This document shows positions 20,869-32,636 of a stretch of DNA of 64,000 bases, one piece after another. The stretch is from Deltaproteobacteria bacterium (lineage in GTDB: Bacteria > Desulfobacterota > Syntrophia > Syntrophales > UBA2185): positions 23,396 to 87,395 of the forward strand of contig JAPLJS010000046.1 of assembly GCA_026388545.1 (NCBI GenBank), in the 5' to 3' direction. Each line of letters begins with the position of its first letter. The first letter of the stretch is position 1. Position numbers and translations under genes: made by a program. A model generated the notes under the pieces. The model had not been told where the DNA came from and did no database searches. It was given only the letters and a program-made list of their open reading frames with translations.

Positions 20869-22947
20869 TTACTGTTGTTCCTTCTTCGACTCGGCTATTA
20901 TTTTCTCTGCAAAAAAGGGCGGAACCTCTTCATAATGCGAGTGCTCATAGGTAAACGTTCCTCTCCCGCTTGTCATTGATCGGATATCAGGTGCATATCT
21001 CAGTATTTCAGCAAGAGGGACCTGTCCTTTTACAATCCTGTTTGCCCCTTTTGATTCCATCCCCAGGACTTTACCACGCCTGCTATTTAAATCACCGATG
21101 ACGTCACCCATGTATTCATCCGGAATCTCGATATCCAGATTAACAATAGGTTCGAGGAGAACTGGCTGGCACTCCAGAACACCCTTCTTGAATCCCATAG
21201 AGCCTGCTATCTTAAAGGCCATTTCTGATGAATCAACTGTGTGGTAGGAACCGTCTACGAGTAAAACCTTAACATCGACAACGGGATACCCGGCGAGAAC
21301 ACCTTCACCCATTGCTTCGATAATTCCTTTCTCGACAGCGGGCCGATACTGCTGCGGAATAACACCGCCGACGATCTTATCTACAAATTCGAATCCTCCG
21401 CCTCGTGGCATGGGTTCTATGTCAAGCCAGCAATCTCCGAACTGCCCACGGCCTCCGGATTGCTTTTTGTACTTTCCCTGGATATTGGTTTTCCCTTTGA
21501 TTGTCTCCCTATAAGGGACCTTGGGCGTTTTTAACGTAACTTCAACACCGAATTTTCTTTTCATTTTTTCGATGGAGACTTCGATATGAATCTGCCCCAT
21601 TCCGGACAGGATCATCTCCTTGGTCTGTTCTTCGCGGTGAAATGTAAGGATTGGATCTTCCTCGATTATACGATTGATAGAGGAAACGATCTTGTCCTCA
21701 TCTCCCCTGCTCTTTGGGGCCACGGCAAAAGACATAATGGTCGGTGGCGGTACTACCATTTCAAAAATTATGGGGACTTTCTCGCCGCATACCGTATCAC
21801 CGGTGGCTGTTTCCTTCAGTTTCGCGACTGCAGCAATATCTCCCGGAACGAGCGATTCAACCGGTTTTTGGTTTTTACCCTCAAGAAAAAAGATATTTCC
21901 AAACCTTTCTGTGATTTTTCGTGTTGAATTGTAAAACGTTGAATCAGAGGTGACTGTTCCCGAAAAGACACGAAATAATGTCAACCGTCCGGCGTATGGG
22001 TCTGCAATGGTCTTGAAAACGAGTGCAGAAAAGGGAGCAGATTCTTCTGGATTCCTGATTTCCGCTTCGTCATTACCCGGTTTTTTCCCGGTAACCGGGC
22101 CGCGATCCACGGGGGAGGGAAGGGCAGTGATAATCAAATCGATCATTGATGCGACGCCAATATTCTTTGTTGCCGAACCGCACACAACAGGTACGAGGGT
22201 GCCGGATATTACACCCTTCTTCAGGCCAATTTTCAGTTCATCAGCGCTCAGTTCGCCTGCTTCCAGGTACTTTTCCATGAGTGATTCGTCGGATTCAGCG
22301 ATATCTTCCACCATATTCTCCCGGTATTTTTCGACAGTGTCCAACATATCAGGCGGGATTTCTGCTGATTTATAGGTACCCTTGAGATTATCAAAGATCA
22401 GGGCCTTCTTGTTTATAAGGTCAACTACCCCCTTGAAGGTTTCTTCTTTGCCGATCGGCAGGACTATGGGTGTGGCCTTTTTACCCAGACGGCTATTGAT
22501 ACTCTCGACGGTTTTTACAAAATCAGCCCTCTCACGGTCCATTCTGTTGATAAAGGCGACTCGGGGCAGTTTGTACTCGTCCGCATATTCCCAGACCTTC
22601 TCTGTTTGAAATTCTACACCTCCAACAGCATCTATGACGACAATGACTCCATCGGCAATACGGAGACAATTCTTTGTATCATAGGCAAAATTGGAATCCC
22701 CCGGCGTGTCAAGAATAGTAATTTTATGTTTTTCCCATTCGAAGAAATTTGTAGCTGCACTGATAGAAATATGCCGTTTCTGTTCTTCCGGTTCAAAATC
22801 CATACAGGAAGTTCCGTCATCAACCTTCCCCGGCCTGTCTGTTTTACCAGAGATGAATAGGAATGATTCACATAGAGACGTCTTTCCTGTTGCTCCGTGC
22901 CCTACAATTGCCACATTTCTTAAGTAATTAGATTCATATTTTGCCAT
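20869..22947 (-). CDS. fusA: Elongation factor G paralogue (EF-G2 type)
   Basis: Five EF-G domains; divergent GHGATGKT and KRHISI motifs; KQSGGRGQFG, DGSYHTVDSSEMAF; not within the str operon. Confidence 0.9.
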   Translation of the reverse strand: MAKYESNYLRNVAIVGHGATGKTSLCESFLFISGKTDRPGKVDDGTSCMDFEPEEQKRHISISAATNFFEWEKHKITILDTPGDSNFAYDTKNCLRIADGVIVVIDAVGGVEFQTEKVWEYADEYKLPRVAFINRMDRERADFVKTVESINSRLGKKATPIVLPIGKEETFKGVVDLINKKALIFDNLKGTYKSAEIPPDMLDTVEKYRENMVEDIAESDESLMEKYLEAGELSADELKIGLKKGVISGTLVPVVCGSATKNIGVASMIDLIITALPSPVDRGPVTGKKPGNDEAEIRNPEESAPFSALVFKTIADPYAGRLTLFRVFSGTVTSDSTFYNSTRKITERFGNIFFLEGKNQKPVESLVPGDIAAVAKLKETATGDTVCGEKVPIIFEMVVPPPTIMSFAVAPKSRGDEDKIVSSINRIIEEDPILTFHREEQTKEMILSGMGQIHIEVSIEKMKRKFGVEVTLKTPKVPYRETIKGKTNIQGKYKKQSGGRGQFGDCWLDIEPMPRGGGFEFVDKIVGGVIPQQYRPAVEKGIIEAMGEGVLAGYPVVDVKVLLVDGSYHTVDSSEMAFKIAGSMGFKKGVLECQPVLLEPIVNLDIEIPDEYMGDVIGDLNSRRGKVLGMESKGANRIVKGQVPLAEILRYAPDIRSMTSGRGTFTYEHSHYEEVPPFFAEKIIAESKKEQQ

Positions 22948-23112
22948 GGAAACTCCTTTCAAAATTACCGGTAACAAATGTTCTCTATGTTCGCGGTGTG
23001 TAGCGTATTGTCCCTTGCAAAGTCAAGTCAATTTTCTGAAATGTACATAAACTCTCCTTGACTTTTGATACGTTTATGGTAGTTTTACGGTTCTTCATTT
23101 ATATGAGGAGAT

Positions 23113-24033
23113 ATGAAAGGAATAAAGATGCCCAATAATTTTTATACCTTCCTGATAATCCCCAAGAAAAAAAGTTCCACCAAGAAATTTACGATTTCGA
23201 GTAAACTTTTAAAAGGCATTGTATATTGCATTATAATTATCAGCCTGTCTTTTATGTATACATATTATGACTATATTAAAATAAAGAGGGATAAGAGTGA
23301 ACTGGATCGCTTTAAAAGACTAACGAAAGAACAAAATTTACAGATAGAGGGTTTAGTTGAAAAGGTAAATAATTTTGCCATGAAGATGGAGGAACTCAAT
23401 CAGCTCGATAAAAATGTTAGGGTGATGGCGCATCTTGAAGATAATCGCTATAAAGGACAGATGCTTGGTATTGGTGGATCGATAAGTGAAGAAACAAGAA
23501 TAAAATCAAGCGTCGATACCGATCAAAAGATGGTCATTGCGAAAATTCAACAGAATATCGATCAAATGACGAAAGACGCAACCGACCAGAAGAACAGTTT
23601 TCATGAGTTGCTTAAGTTTCTGAAAGAACGGAAATCCATAATTGCTGCTACACCATCAATTTGGCCTGTTCAGGGCTGGGTTACGTCGGAGTTTGGATAC
23701 AGAACATCACCACTGGGAGGAGCAAAGGAATTTCATAAAGGAATTGATATTGCAACGCGAGTGGGTCTACAGATAGTGGCCCCTGCTGATGGTATGGTTA
23801 CCGAGATAGCTTATGATCGAGATGTGGGACATATGATTAGGATAGATCATGGACACGGGGTGACCACCTGGTATGGTCATCTCCTGAAAAGTGCAATTCA
23901 ACAGGGAAGTATGGTAAAGAGGGGAGATCTGATCGGTTATGTTGGAAATTCCGGTAGGAGTACAGGTTCGCATCTCCACTACACCGTATTACTGAACGGT
24001 GTTCCTGTTAATCCGCGTAAGTATTTGAATTAG
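23113..24033 (+). CDS. M23-family metallopeptidase with N-terminal membrane anchor and coiled coil
   Basis: HKGIDI, YGHL, STGSHLHY. Confidence 0.9.
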   Translation: MKGIKMPNNFYTFLIIPKKKSSTKKFTISSKLLKGIVYCIIIISLSFMYTYYDYIKIKRDKSELDRFKRLTKEQNLQIEGLVEKVNNFAMKMEELNQLDKNVRVMAHLEDNRYKGQMLGIGGSISEETRIKSSVDTDQKMVIAKIQQNIDQMTKDATDQKNSFHELLKFLKERKSIIAATPSIWPVQGWVTSEFGYRTSPLGGAKEFHKGIDIATRVGLQIVAPADGMVTEIAYDRDVGHMIRIDHGHGVTTWYGHLLKSAIQQGSMVKRGDLIGYVGNSGRSTGSHLHYTVLLNGVPVNPRKYLN

Positions 24034-24126
24034 ATTTTGCCCATCGGTCCTTTAATAATGCATGATTGATGGTTATTGTTATCGAACAGCCCGGTATTAT
24101 ACCGGTTTTTTTTTAGAGGGGCAGGT

Positions 24127-26643
24127 ATGTTTTTTTCACTACTGGAAAAGATAATAGGCAGTCAAAATGATCGCGAATTAAAACGACTGTCTTTGATCCT
24201 TGATGAAGTAAATGATCTTGAGCCGTCCATGATGGCACTGAGTGATGGGGAACTCAAAGCAAAGACGCTGTATTTTAAAGAAAGACTTCAAAATGGTGCA
24301 GAGCTTGGCGACATACTGGTTGAGGCATTTGCAGTCGCCAGAGAAGCAGCAAGACGCACCGTATTTATGAGACCGTTTGATGTTCAGATTATCGGAGGTC
24401 TCATCCTCCATGAGGGGAAAATTACCGAAATGAAAACGGGAGAGGGGAAAACCCTGGCAGCAACCCTCCCGCTCTATCTCAATGCGCTGACAGGCGAGGG
24501 TTGCCATTTGGTAACGGTAAATGATTATTTGGCACAGAGGGATGCCCAGTGGATGGGGCCAATCTATAACTTCCTGGGACTTTCAGTCGGCGTTATTGTT
24601 CATGGCATGGATGATGACGAAAGAAGGAAAGCGTATCATGCCGATATTACCTATGGCACCAATAATGAATTTGGGTTCGATTACCTCCGTGATAACATGA
24701 AATTCACCCTTGAAGATTATGTTCAACGGGAGTTCAATTATGCAATTGTTGATGAGGTGGACAGCATCCTCATCGATGAGGCAAGAACACCCCTTATAAT
24801 ATCCGGCCCATCGGAGGAGTCTACCGATAAGTACTACAAAATCAATCAGATCATACCCGTATTGAGAAAGGAAAAAGATTACACGATTGATGAAAAGAGC
24901 CGTACGGTAGTTCTTACGGAAGAAGGTGTAGCACGGGTAGAAAAAAATCTCAAAGTTCAGAACCTCTTTGAGCCCAGGAACATAGAGCTGCTCCATCACG
25001 TAAACCAGGCATTGAAGGCTCATACACTCTTCAGACGCGACGTTGATTACCTTGTAAAAGAGGGACAAGTGATCATCGTTGACGAATTCACGGGAAGGGT
25101 CATGCCGGGAAGGAGGTACAGTGACGGCTTGCATCAGGCCCTGGAAGCAAAAGAGAAAGTAAAAATAGAGAGAGAAAATCAGACGCTTGCGTCAATAACA
25201 TTTCAGAATTACTTCAGGATGTATAAGAAACTGGCGGGAATGACAGGTACTGCCGATACCGAAGCCGCCGAATTCAAGAAAATATATAATCTCGATGTAA
25301 TCGTTGCCCCAACAAATATGCCGATGATACGAACAGATAATCCCGATGTGATCTACAAAACAGAAGCAGAAAAATTTAATGCCGTTATTGAAGAGATTAA
25401 GATTCTGCACAAAGAAAAAAGGCCAGTCCTGGTCGGTACGATATCGATTGAAAAGTCTGAACTCTTAAGCAGGTATCTTTCGAAGACCGGGATCAAGCAT
25501 CATGTCCTGAATGCAAAGCAACATGATAAAGAAGCAGAAATCGTTGCCCAGGCAGGACAGCCGGGCATGGTGACCATATCAACGAATATGGCAGGTCGAG
25601 GAACCGATATAAAGCTTGGTGAAGGTGTCGCTGAGCTCGGAGGTCTCCACATTCTCGGAACGGAAAGACATGAAAGCCGTCGCATTGATAACCAACTCAG
25701 GGGCAGGTCGGGACGCCAGGGAGATATGGGATCTTCACGGTTTTACCTTGCTCTTGAAGATGATCTCCTGAGGATATTTGGCGCCGAAAGGATTTCATCA
25801 GTAATGGACCGGATCGGCATGGAAGAAAATCAGCCGATTGAACATAAGCTTATTTCAAAGGCAATTGAGAATGCACAAAAAAGGGTGGAGGCTCATAATT
25901 TCGATATTCGCAAGCACCTGTTGGAATTCGACGATGTTATGAACAGGCAGAGGCAGGTAATTTACGAGCAGCGTAAGCGGGTACTGAAGGGTGAGGATCC
26001 ATGGGCGGATATTGAAGACATGATTGAGGAGATCGTTGAGGGAATTGTTCCAGATTTTATTGACGAAAAGTCTCATCCCGAGGAATGGAACCTTAAGGGA
26101 CTGGATGACATGGTTTTCAAACAATTTTCCCTACGATTAAATTTCAGCGAATCAGGGAGGAATATCGATGGGGACGCCATTGTGGAAGAAATTATTTCCG
26201 GGGTAAAAAGCATGCTCAGAAACAAAGAGCAGGAATACGGAAAACCAATTATGGATTATCTCATTAAGGTAATCATGCTGCAGTCCATTGATAATCACTG
26301 GAAGGATCATCTCCTGAACATGGATCACCTGAAGGAAGGCATTGGCCTCAGGGGATACGGACAAAAAGATCCCGTCAGGGAATACCAGAAAGAGGGTTAT
26401 GAAATGTTCATGGACATGACCCACCGCATTAAAGAAGATACCATCGAAAAACTCTGTATTGTCAGGATCCAGAGGGAAGAAGAGATCGAAGAAATGCGAG
26501 AACAGGAACGTCAGGATTATATCCTGAGCCGGGGAGAAGATACAGCGGCGCCAACTACAGTGAAGAGTGATGCTAAGAAGGTTGGGAGAAATGACCCGTG
26601 TCCGTGCGGGAGCGGGAAGAAATTCAAGAAGTGCTGCGGATAG
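24127..26643 (+). CDS. secA: Preprotein translocase subunit SecA
   Basis: [35 protein letters not shown]-terminal [14 protein letters not shown]. Confidence 0.98.
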   Translation: MFFSLLEKIIGSQNDRELKRLSLILDEVNDLEPSMMALSDGELKAKTLYFKERLQNGAELGDILVEAFAVAREAARRTVFMRPFDVQIIGGLILHEGKITEMKTGEGKTLAATLPLYLNALTGEGCHLVTVNDYLAQRDAQWMGPIYNFLGLSVGVIVHGMDDDERRKAYHADITYGTNNEFGFDYLRDNMKFTLEDYVQREFNYAIVDEVDSILIDEARTPLIISGPSEESTDKYYKINQIIPVLRKEKDYTIDEKSRTVVLTEEGVARVEKNLKVQNLFEPRNIELLHHVNQALKAHTLFRRDVDYLVKEGQVIIVDEFTGRVMPGRRYSDGLHQALEAKEKVKIERENQTLASITFQNYFRMYKKLAGMTGTADTEAAEFKKIYNLDVIVAPTNMPMIRTDNPDVIYKTEAEKFNAVIEEIKILHKEKRPVLVGTISIEKSELLSRYLSKTGIKHHVLNAKQHDKEAEIVAQAGQPGMVTISTNMAGRGTDIKLGEGVAELGGLHILGTERHESRRIDNQLRGRSGRQGDMGSSRFYLALEDDLLRIFGAERISSVMDRIGMEENQPIEHKLISKAIENAQKRVEAHNFDIRKHLLEFDDVMNRQRQVIYEQRKRVLKGEDPWADIEDMIEEIVEGIVPDFIDEKSHPEEWNLKGLDDMVFKQFSLRLNFSESGRNIDGDAIVEEIISGVKSMLRNKEQEYGKPIMDYLIKVIMLQSIDNHWKDHLLNMDHLKEGIGLRGYGQKDPVREYQKEGYEMFMDMTHRIKEDTIEKLCIVRIQREEEIEEMREQERQDYILSRGEDTAAPTTVKSDAKKVGRNDPCPCGSGKKFKKCCG

Positions 26644-26673
26644 AATCAAATAACGGGAGATTATGGAAATACT

Positions 26674-27873
26674 ATGACTGAGAATACAGATACATACATC
26701 GTTCCGGGATTTCTGGCCAACGGTATTCACGCCGGCATCAAGGAAGCTGGCATGGATGACCTTGCTCTTATTTATTCTATTGTGCCTGCAAAGGCGGCAG
26801 GGGTGTTTACGGGAAATTGCTTTAAAGCAGCACCGGTTCTACTCGATATGGAAAAGATAAAGGCCGGAGTAGCCCAGGCAATTCTGGTAAACAGCGGTAA
26901 TGCGAATGCAGCAACCGGTCAGGCTGGATATCAGGATGCAGTGAGCATGTCCAAAAGCGCTTCCAATACACTGAATATTAGGGATGAACTTGTTTTAGTA
27001 GCATCTACAGGTATAATTGGTCACAGGCTTCCCGTAAAGAAAATTGAATTGGGTATGACCACGTTGATTAATGGTTTGCATCCGAACGGTATTATTACAG
27101 CGGCAAATGCGATCATGACAACAGATAAATTTCCCAAAATGGCTTGCCGGAGGAGAATTATTGGTTCAAAAAAAATCACGGTATGCGGTATTGCAAAGGG
27201 AGCAGGTATGATAGAACCCCATATGGCAACCATGCTTGCGTTTGCCATGACCGATGCAGATATTGATCCTTATACCCTGAATACAGTTTTTAAGCAGGCG
27301 GTAAACGGGAGCTTTAATGCAATATCCGTAGACGGATGCATGAGTACAAATGATACGGCAATAATTTTAGCCAATGGTGTTGCCGGAAATAAACAACTTA
27401 AGGGAGGTTCCAGGGATATATCTCTGTTTAAGGAAATGATTTTCAATGTCTTGTCCGAACTATCGCAGGCCATGGTCAGGGATGGTGAAGGGGCGACAAA
27501 GGTTATAGAAATCTTCGTTGATGAGGCAAAATCTAGAGGAGATGCAAAAAAAGTTGCCTATGCCGTCGCTAACTCAAATCTGGTTAAAACCGCCTTTTTC
27601 GGTTGTGATCCCAACTGGGGGAGAATCCTGGGGGCTGCCGGTTCAGCCGGTATTCATTTACCTGTTGATGCTCTTAAACTATACTTTGACGAAATTCCGG
27701 TGTTTGCTCATGGATGTGGGATTGATGGTCATGAAGATGAGCTTTCAGAAATCATGTCCAGGGCTGACATTAAGGTACATCTTAAACTTGGCATGGGGAA
27801 TAAAGCATATAGAGTATGCACTTCTGATCTTTCCTTGGAATATATAAAAATTAATGCCCACTATCGTACATAA
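26674..27873 (+). CDS. argJ: Bifunctional ornithine acetyltransferase/N-acetylglutamate synthase
   Basis: NSGNANA, IMTTD, KGAGMIEPHMATML, DGEGATK. Confidence 0.95.
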   Translation: MTENTDTYIVPGFLANGIHAGIKEAGMDDLALIYSIVPAKAAGVFTGNCFKAAPVLLDMEKIKAGVAQAILVNSGNANAATGQAGYQDAVSMSKSASNTLNIRDELVLVASTGIIGHRLPVKKIELGMTTLINGLHPNGIITAANAIMTTDKFPKMACRRRIIGSKKITVCGIAKGAGMIEPHMATMLAFAMTDADIDPYTLNTVFKQAVNGSFNAISVDGCMSTNDTAIILANGVAGNKQLKGGSRDISLFKEMIFNVLSELSQAMVRDGEGATKVIEIFVDEAKSRGDAKKVAYAVANSNLVKTAFFGCDPNWGRILGAAGSAGIHLPVDALKLYFDEIPVFAHGCGIDGHEDELSEIMSRADIKVHLKLGMGNKAYRVCTSDLSLEYIKINAHYRT

Positions 27874-27999
27874 ATATAAGAATAATTTTGGCGGATGACT
27901 GATTAGAAAAATCATATGATCATGCATTGCCCTTCATTATAGACTTCACCATTTTTCACTTGCTAATTGTGAATCTTTATGCTATCTGCCAGCGAATTT

Positions 28000-28082
28000 C
28001 ACACATCCTTTGATTGTCGGGGTGTTGCTTTTATAAATGAAAAGTTCCCCGTGCAAAGAGATAAGGGTGGCGGTAAAAAAAC
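28000..28082 (+). promoter_or_regulatory. rpsB leader RNA (S2 autoregulatory element, t44-like)
   Basis: CACACATCC...CGGGGTG...GGGTGGCGGTAAAAAAAC immediately upstream of rpsB; resembles the known S2 leader pattern. Confidence 0.6.
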
Positions 28083-28099
28083 ATAAAAGGAGTTAAGGT

Positions 28100-28906
28100 A
28101 TGGCAAATATTTCCATGAAATTGTTACTTGAGGCGGGCGTCCACTTTGGTCACCAGACGAATAAGTGGAATCCAAAGATGAAACAGTACATATTTGGGGC
28201 GAGAAACGGTATTTATATCATAGATCTGCAGCAGACCGTAGGAATGTTTAAGGCCGCTTATGATTTTGTTGTTGATCTGGTGGCAAGAGGAGGAGAAATT
28301 CTCTTTGTCGGAACCAAAAAGCAATCTCAGGAAGCCATAAAAGAAGAGGCAGAAAGGTGCGGGATGCCTTATGTCAATCAGCGCTGGTTAGGTGGAATGC
28401 TTACCAATTTTCATACCGTCAGTAAGAGGATTGATAGGCTCAACACCTTGGAAAAAATGTTTTTAGATGAAAGCGTTAAGGCCTTTCCCAAAAAGGAGAT
28501 TATGAAGCTTCAGAAAGAGATGAACAAGCTTGAAAAAGTCCTGGGAGGTATAAAGAAGATAAAACGACCTCCTCGAGGCTTGTTCGTCGTAGATCCAAAG
28601 AGAGAGAGTATTGCCGTCAAGGAAGCACAAAAGTTAAAAATTCCCCTAATAGCTATTGTAGATACCAATTGTGATCCAGATGACATTGATTATGTCATCC
28701 CGGGAAATGATGATGCCATTAGGGCAATAAAGCTTTTTGCTTCAAAGATTGCAGATGCAGTGATTGAGGGCAAAAAGGTGTTTGATGAAAATATTCAGGC
28801 TGATACTGACAAGGAAGTACAGGCTGAAGTTTTAGGGCAAAGTGAAGATCCGGAATCAGATGTTCCTGAATCTGTCGAAACAAAGGATGGAATAACTGAT
28901 TATTAG
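28100..28906 (+). CDS. rpsB: 30S ribosomal protein S2
   Basis: [33 protein letters not shown]. Confidence 0.98.
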   Translation: MANISMKLLLEAGVHFGHQTNKWNPKMKQYIFGARNGIYIIDLQQTVGMFKAAYDFVVDLVARGGEILFVGTKKQSQEAIKEEAERCGMPYVNQRWLGGMLTNFHTVSKRIDRLNTLEKMFLDESVKAFPKKEIMKLQKEMNKLEKVLGGIKKIKRPPRGLFVVDPKRESIAVKEAQKLKIPLIAIVDTNCDPDDIDYVIPGNDDAIRAIKLFASKIADAVIEGKKVFDENIQADTDKEVQAEVLGQSEDPESDVPESVETKDGITDY

Positions 28907-28969
28907 GAAGCTTTTGAAGGTGATATAAAGCGAAATATAAAATGAGAAATGAGGGGGAGGTAGGATAAA

Positions 28970-29575
28970 TTGAGCATTACGTCAACAATGGTTAAAGAAC
29001 TGAGAGATAAAACAGGCGCCGGTATAATGGATTGCAAGGAAGCCCTCAATGTATCTGTTGGGGACTTTGAAAGGGCAATCGATTATTTAAGAAAAAAAGG
29101 TATGTCCGCAGCTACCAAGAGATCATCAAAGGCGGCAAAAGATGGCGTTGTTGCATCGTATATACATATGGGAGGAAGAATAGGTGTTTTAGTAGAGGTT
29201 AATTGCGAAACAGACTTTGTAGCTAAAACAGTTGATTTTCAACTTGTTGCGAAGGATCTGGCAATGCATGTAGCCGCAGCAAACCCTCTATATGTCAAGC
29301 CTGAAGAAATACCTCCCGATATTGTCAGCCGAGAGAAGGAAATTTATAAAAGCCAGGCCCTGGCGGAAAAGAAACCCGAAAAGATTTGGGATAAAATAAT
29401 AGAAGGCAAACTTAAAAAGTACTATGAGGATGTGTGCCTTCTCAATCAAAAGTTCATTAAAGATACGGATATTACCGTTGAAACCCTGATCAATAATATG
29501 ATCGCAAAAACAGGCGAAAATATTGTCATCAGAAGATTTGCGCGGTTTCAGCTCGGCGAAGAATTGAAGAAATAA
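28970..29575 (+). CDS. tsf: Elongation factor Ts (short form)
   Basis: VKELRDKTGAGIMDCKEAL, EVNCETDFVA. Confidence 0.97.
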   Translation: MSITSTMVKELRDKTGAGIMDCKEALNVSVGDFERAIDYLRKKGMSAATKRSSKAAKDGVVASYIHMGGRIGVLVEVNCETDFVAKTVDFQLVAKDLAMHVAAANPLYVKPEEIPPDIVSREKEIYKSQALAEKKPEKIWDKIIEGKLKKYYEDVCLLNQKFIKDTDITVETLINNMIAKTGENIVIRRFARFQLGEELKK

Positions 29576-29578
29576 TCA

Positions 29579-30295
29579 ATGGATCAATCTGTTTACAAAA
29601 GAGTTCTTTTAAAATTGAGTGGTGAAGTCCTTATGGGGAAGGGCTCTTATGGGATAGATTCTGATGCGGTTTCAATCATTGCCGGAGAAATTAAGGACGT
29701 TGTTGAACTCGGTGTACAGTTGGGTGTGGTAGTTGGCGGTGGAAATATATTTCGTGGATTTGAGGCCAATTTGAAGGGGATGGATCGAACATCTGCAGAT
29801 TATATGGGTATGCTCGCCACAGTAATAAACAGCCTTGCTCTTCAGAGCGCCCTTGAAAAATTGGATGTTGTAACGAGAGTTCAAACCGCCATTGAAATGA
29901 AAGCGGTTGCAGAGCCTTTTATCCAGAGGAGGGCTGTACGTCACCTGGAAAAAGGAAGGGTTGTCATATTTGCAGGCGGTACAGGTAACCCTTACTTTAC
30001 TACGGATACGGCTGCTTCGTTAAGGGCCGTAGAGATAAAAGCTGATATTATCGTGAAAGCAACCAAAGTCGATGGGGTTTATGACAAAGATCCGGTTAAA
30101 TATGGCGATGCAAAGATGTTCGAAAAGATCACTTATAACGATGTGCTGATGAGACATCTTAAAGTTATGGATGCGACTGCTATTTCTCTGTGTAGAGAGA
30201 ATAATCTTCCCATTGTCGTCTTTAATTTGCAGAAGGCCGGGAATATCAAGCGTGTAATATGCGGGCTATCTGTAGGAACAATTGTTAGAGGTTAG
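29579..30295 (+). CDS. pyrH: UMP kinase
   Basis: [24 protein letters not shown]. Confidence 0.97.
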   Translation: MDQSVYKRVLLKLSGEVLMGKGSYGIDSDAVSIIAGEIKDVVELGVQLGVVVGGGNIFRGFEANLKGMDRTSADYMGMLATVINSLALQSALEKLDVVTRVQTAIEMKAVAEPFIQRRAVRHLEKGRVVIFAGGTGNPYFTTDTAASLRAVEIKADIIVKATKVDGVYDKDPVKYGDAKMFEKITYNDVLMRHLKVMDATAISLCRENNLPIVVFNLQKAGNIKRVICGLSVGTIVRG

Positions 30296-30296
30296 A

Positions 30297-30854
30297 ATGA
30301 AGGATTTAATCTTTGAGGAATTGAAAGACAACATGGAAAAAGCGATCCGCGCTTTTGAAAAATCCTTGAATAAAGTAAGAACAGGGAGGGCATCACTGTC
30401 CCTTTTTGATGGTATTAAAGTGGAATATTACGGAGTTCCGACACCGCTAAACCAGGTTGCAACACTATCCGTACCGGAGAGCCGCCTGATTGTAATATCA
30501 CCGTGGGATAGCAGTATTATAGGAAGTATTGAAAAAGCTATACAGAAATCTGATCTTGGTCTGATGCCGACAAATGACGGAAAATTAATTCGCATTTCTA
30601 TTCCTCAACTGACTGAAGAGCGAAGAAAAGAACTTGTAAAGGTTGTAAAAAGGCTCGCAGAAGAATGTAAAATAAACCTGAGAAATGTGAGAAGGGAGAC
30701 GAACGATCAGTTAAAGACTCTAAAAAAGGATAATGATATCTCCGAAGATGAATTTTATGCACACCAGGAGGAAGTTCAGGAGATAACCGATAAATACATA
30801 GAAAAAACCGACACTATCTTTGTTTCCAAAGAAAAAGAAATAATGGAAATATAA
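30297..30854 (+). CDS. frr: Ribosome recycling factor
   Basis: VRTGRAS, PQLTEERRKELVK. Confidence 0.96.
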   Translation: MKDLIFEELKDNMEKAIRAFEKSLNKVRTGRASLSLFDGIKVEYYGVPTPLNQVATLSVPESRLIVISPWDSSIIGSIEKAIQKSDLGLMPTNDGKLIRISIPQLTEERRKELVKVVKRLAEECKINLRNVRRETNDQLKTLKKDNDISEDEFYAHQEEVQEITDKYIEKTDTIFVSKEKEIMEI

Positions 30855-30880
30855 ATATATATTCGTGCATAATAGATACG

Positions 30881-30910
30881 AAGGGAGCCTTTTGGCTCCT
30901 TATTTGTTTT
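30881..30910 (+). terminator. Intrinsic terminator after frr
   Basis: GGAGCC-TTTT-GGCTCC followed by a T-rich tail. Confidence 0.6.
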
Positions 30911-31080
30911 GAGAATATAATATTTAGATCTTTTACACGTTATACGTTTTGTGATTTTTATTAAAATACTTTACAATTCTTTGTTTTTTCATTCGTGTGC
31001 CTTGATATTTATCCGGGGTTGTGTTACTTTAATAAAATAATAATTATCAGTAGATGTATATAAGAATAGGTATATGTTGA

Positions 31081-31833
31081 ATGAAAAGGATTGATTATAA
31101 AAAACTTCCCCAACACATTGCCATCATCATGGATGGTAATGGCAGATGGGCCGAAAAGCATACGCTCGGAAGAATATCGGGTCATAAAAGAGGCGCCAAA
31201 TCTGTTAAGCTTACCGTTAGAGCCTGTCGAGAAATTGGTATAAAATACCTTACCCTGTACGCACTTTCTATTGAAAATATGCTTCGTCCTCAAGAAGAAG
31301 TGGGAGCTTTGATGGATTTATTGGGGAAATACCTCCGATCAGAACTTCAAGAAATGCTTGATCACGATATCCGGTTGACAACAATTGGTAATATTGGGGC
31401 ATTAAAAGAACCTGTAAGAAATATGCTCAGGGAGGCAATGGAAAAGACGGCATATAACAAAGGGATGGTTCTCAATCTGGCGTTGAGTTATGGAGGGAGA
31501 GATGAGATTGTCGAGGCCGTGAAAGGCGTTTTAAAGGATAGTAGGGAAGGCAAAATTCTCTCTCAGGATGTAACAAAGGAGCTTTTTTCAAAGTATTTAT
31601 ATACCGCAGATATCCCCGATCCGGACCTGCTCATCAGAACAAGTGGTGAATACCGATTGAGTAATTTTCTATTATGGCAGACCGCTTATACAGAATTTTA
31701 TTTTACTGATGTCCTGTGGCCTGATTTTCGAAGAACACATCTCATAGAAGCCATTGCTGATTTTCAACAGAGAGAGAGGAGATTCGGATTAACGAGTGAC
31801 CAGCTTCAGAGGGGTGGTTCGGATATAGGATGA
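31081..31833 (+). CDS. uppS: Undecaprenyl diphosphate synthase
   Basis: HIAIIMDGNGRWA, IRTSGEYRLSNFLLWQ. Confidence 0.96.
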   Translation: MKRIDYKKLPQHIAIIMDGNGRWAEKHTLGRISGHKRGAKSVKLTVRACREIGIKYLTLYALSIENMLRPQEEVGALMDLLGKYLRSELQEMLDHDIRLTTIGNIGALKEPVRNMLREAMEKTAYNKGMVLNLALSYGGRDEIVEAVKGVLKDSREGKILSQDVTKELFSKYLYTADIPDPDLLIRTSGEYRLSNFLLWQTAYTEFYFTDVLWPDFRRTHLIEAIADFQQRERRFGLTSDQLQRGGSDIG

Positions 31834-32636
31834 GCCCCCACATTAAAAGATGGATTTCCGCGATTATCGCAATACCCATCCTCTTTACCATTATATTTTA
31901 TGGTTCTGAGGTTGTATTTACTGTCTTTATCGTACTTGTTATCCTCGGAGCTGTTCTTGAGTATAACAGGATGGTTTTTAACGGGGGATTAACCTGGGAA
32001 AAATGGGAAGGATTATTGGTTGCTTTGTTGATTCCTCTCGCTGTTTTTTCAGGTGATTTTCGTATTGTTCTGGCCGTCATTTCATTATCCATGTTAAGCG
32101 TTTTCTTTATCTTTCTCCTGAGGATAAACAGCAAGTCTTTTGATCTCGTTCCCGTTACCAAACTTGTTTTTGGCTTTATGTATATACCCCTCATGCTGTC
32201 GCATTTTATACTCCTGCGGCTTTCTGAAAACGGGATCATATGGATCTTCTTTATCCTGGTTTTGGCATTTTCGGGGGATATAGCTGCGTACTATTTAGGT
32301 AAAACAATTGGAAAGAGAAAACTGAGCCCCCTGATAAGTCCGGGAAAGACCGTGGAGGGAACGATTGGCTTATTCATAGGAAGCGTTCTCGGATGTGCTT
32401 TATTTCGATATTATTTTTATCCGACGCTTCCCATTGTTCACGTAGTAACATTGGGGATTATTGGAGGTATTCTCGGTCAACTGGGCGACCTTTGTGAATC
32501 CGCTATCAAAAGAAGTTCCGGTGTTAAGGATTCCGGATCTCTCATTCTTGGACACGGTGGGTTACTGGATCGTCTGGATTGTCTTATTTTCATTGTCCCA
32601 TTCGTATACTATTATCAACTATTTTTAATAATATGA
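31830..32636 (+). CDS. cdsA: Phosphatidate cytidylyltransferase
   Basis: ISPGKTVEG, GDLCESAIKR..VKDSG..GHGGLLDRLD. Confidence 0.95.
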   Translation: MSPHIKRWISAIIAIPILFTIIFYGSEVVFTVFIVLVILGAVLEYNRMVFNGGLTWEKWEGLLVALLIPLAVFSGDFRIVLAVISLSMLSVFFIFLLRINSKSFDLVPVTKLVFGFMYIPLMLSHFILLRLSENGIIWIFFILVLAFSGDIAAYYLGKTIGKRKLSPLISPGKTVEGTIGLFIGSVLGCALFRYYFYPTLPIVHVVTLGIIGGILGQLGDLCESAIKRSSGVKDSGSLILGHGGLLDRLDCLIFIVPFVYYYQLFLII

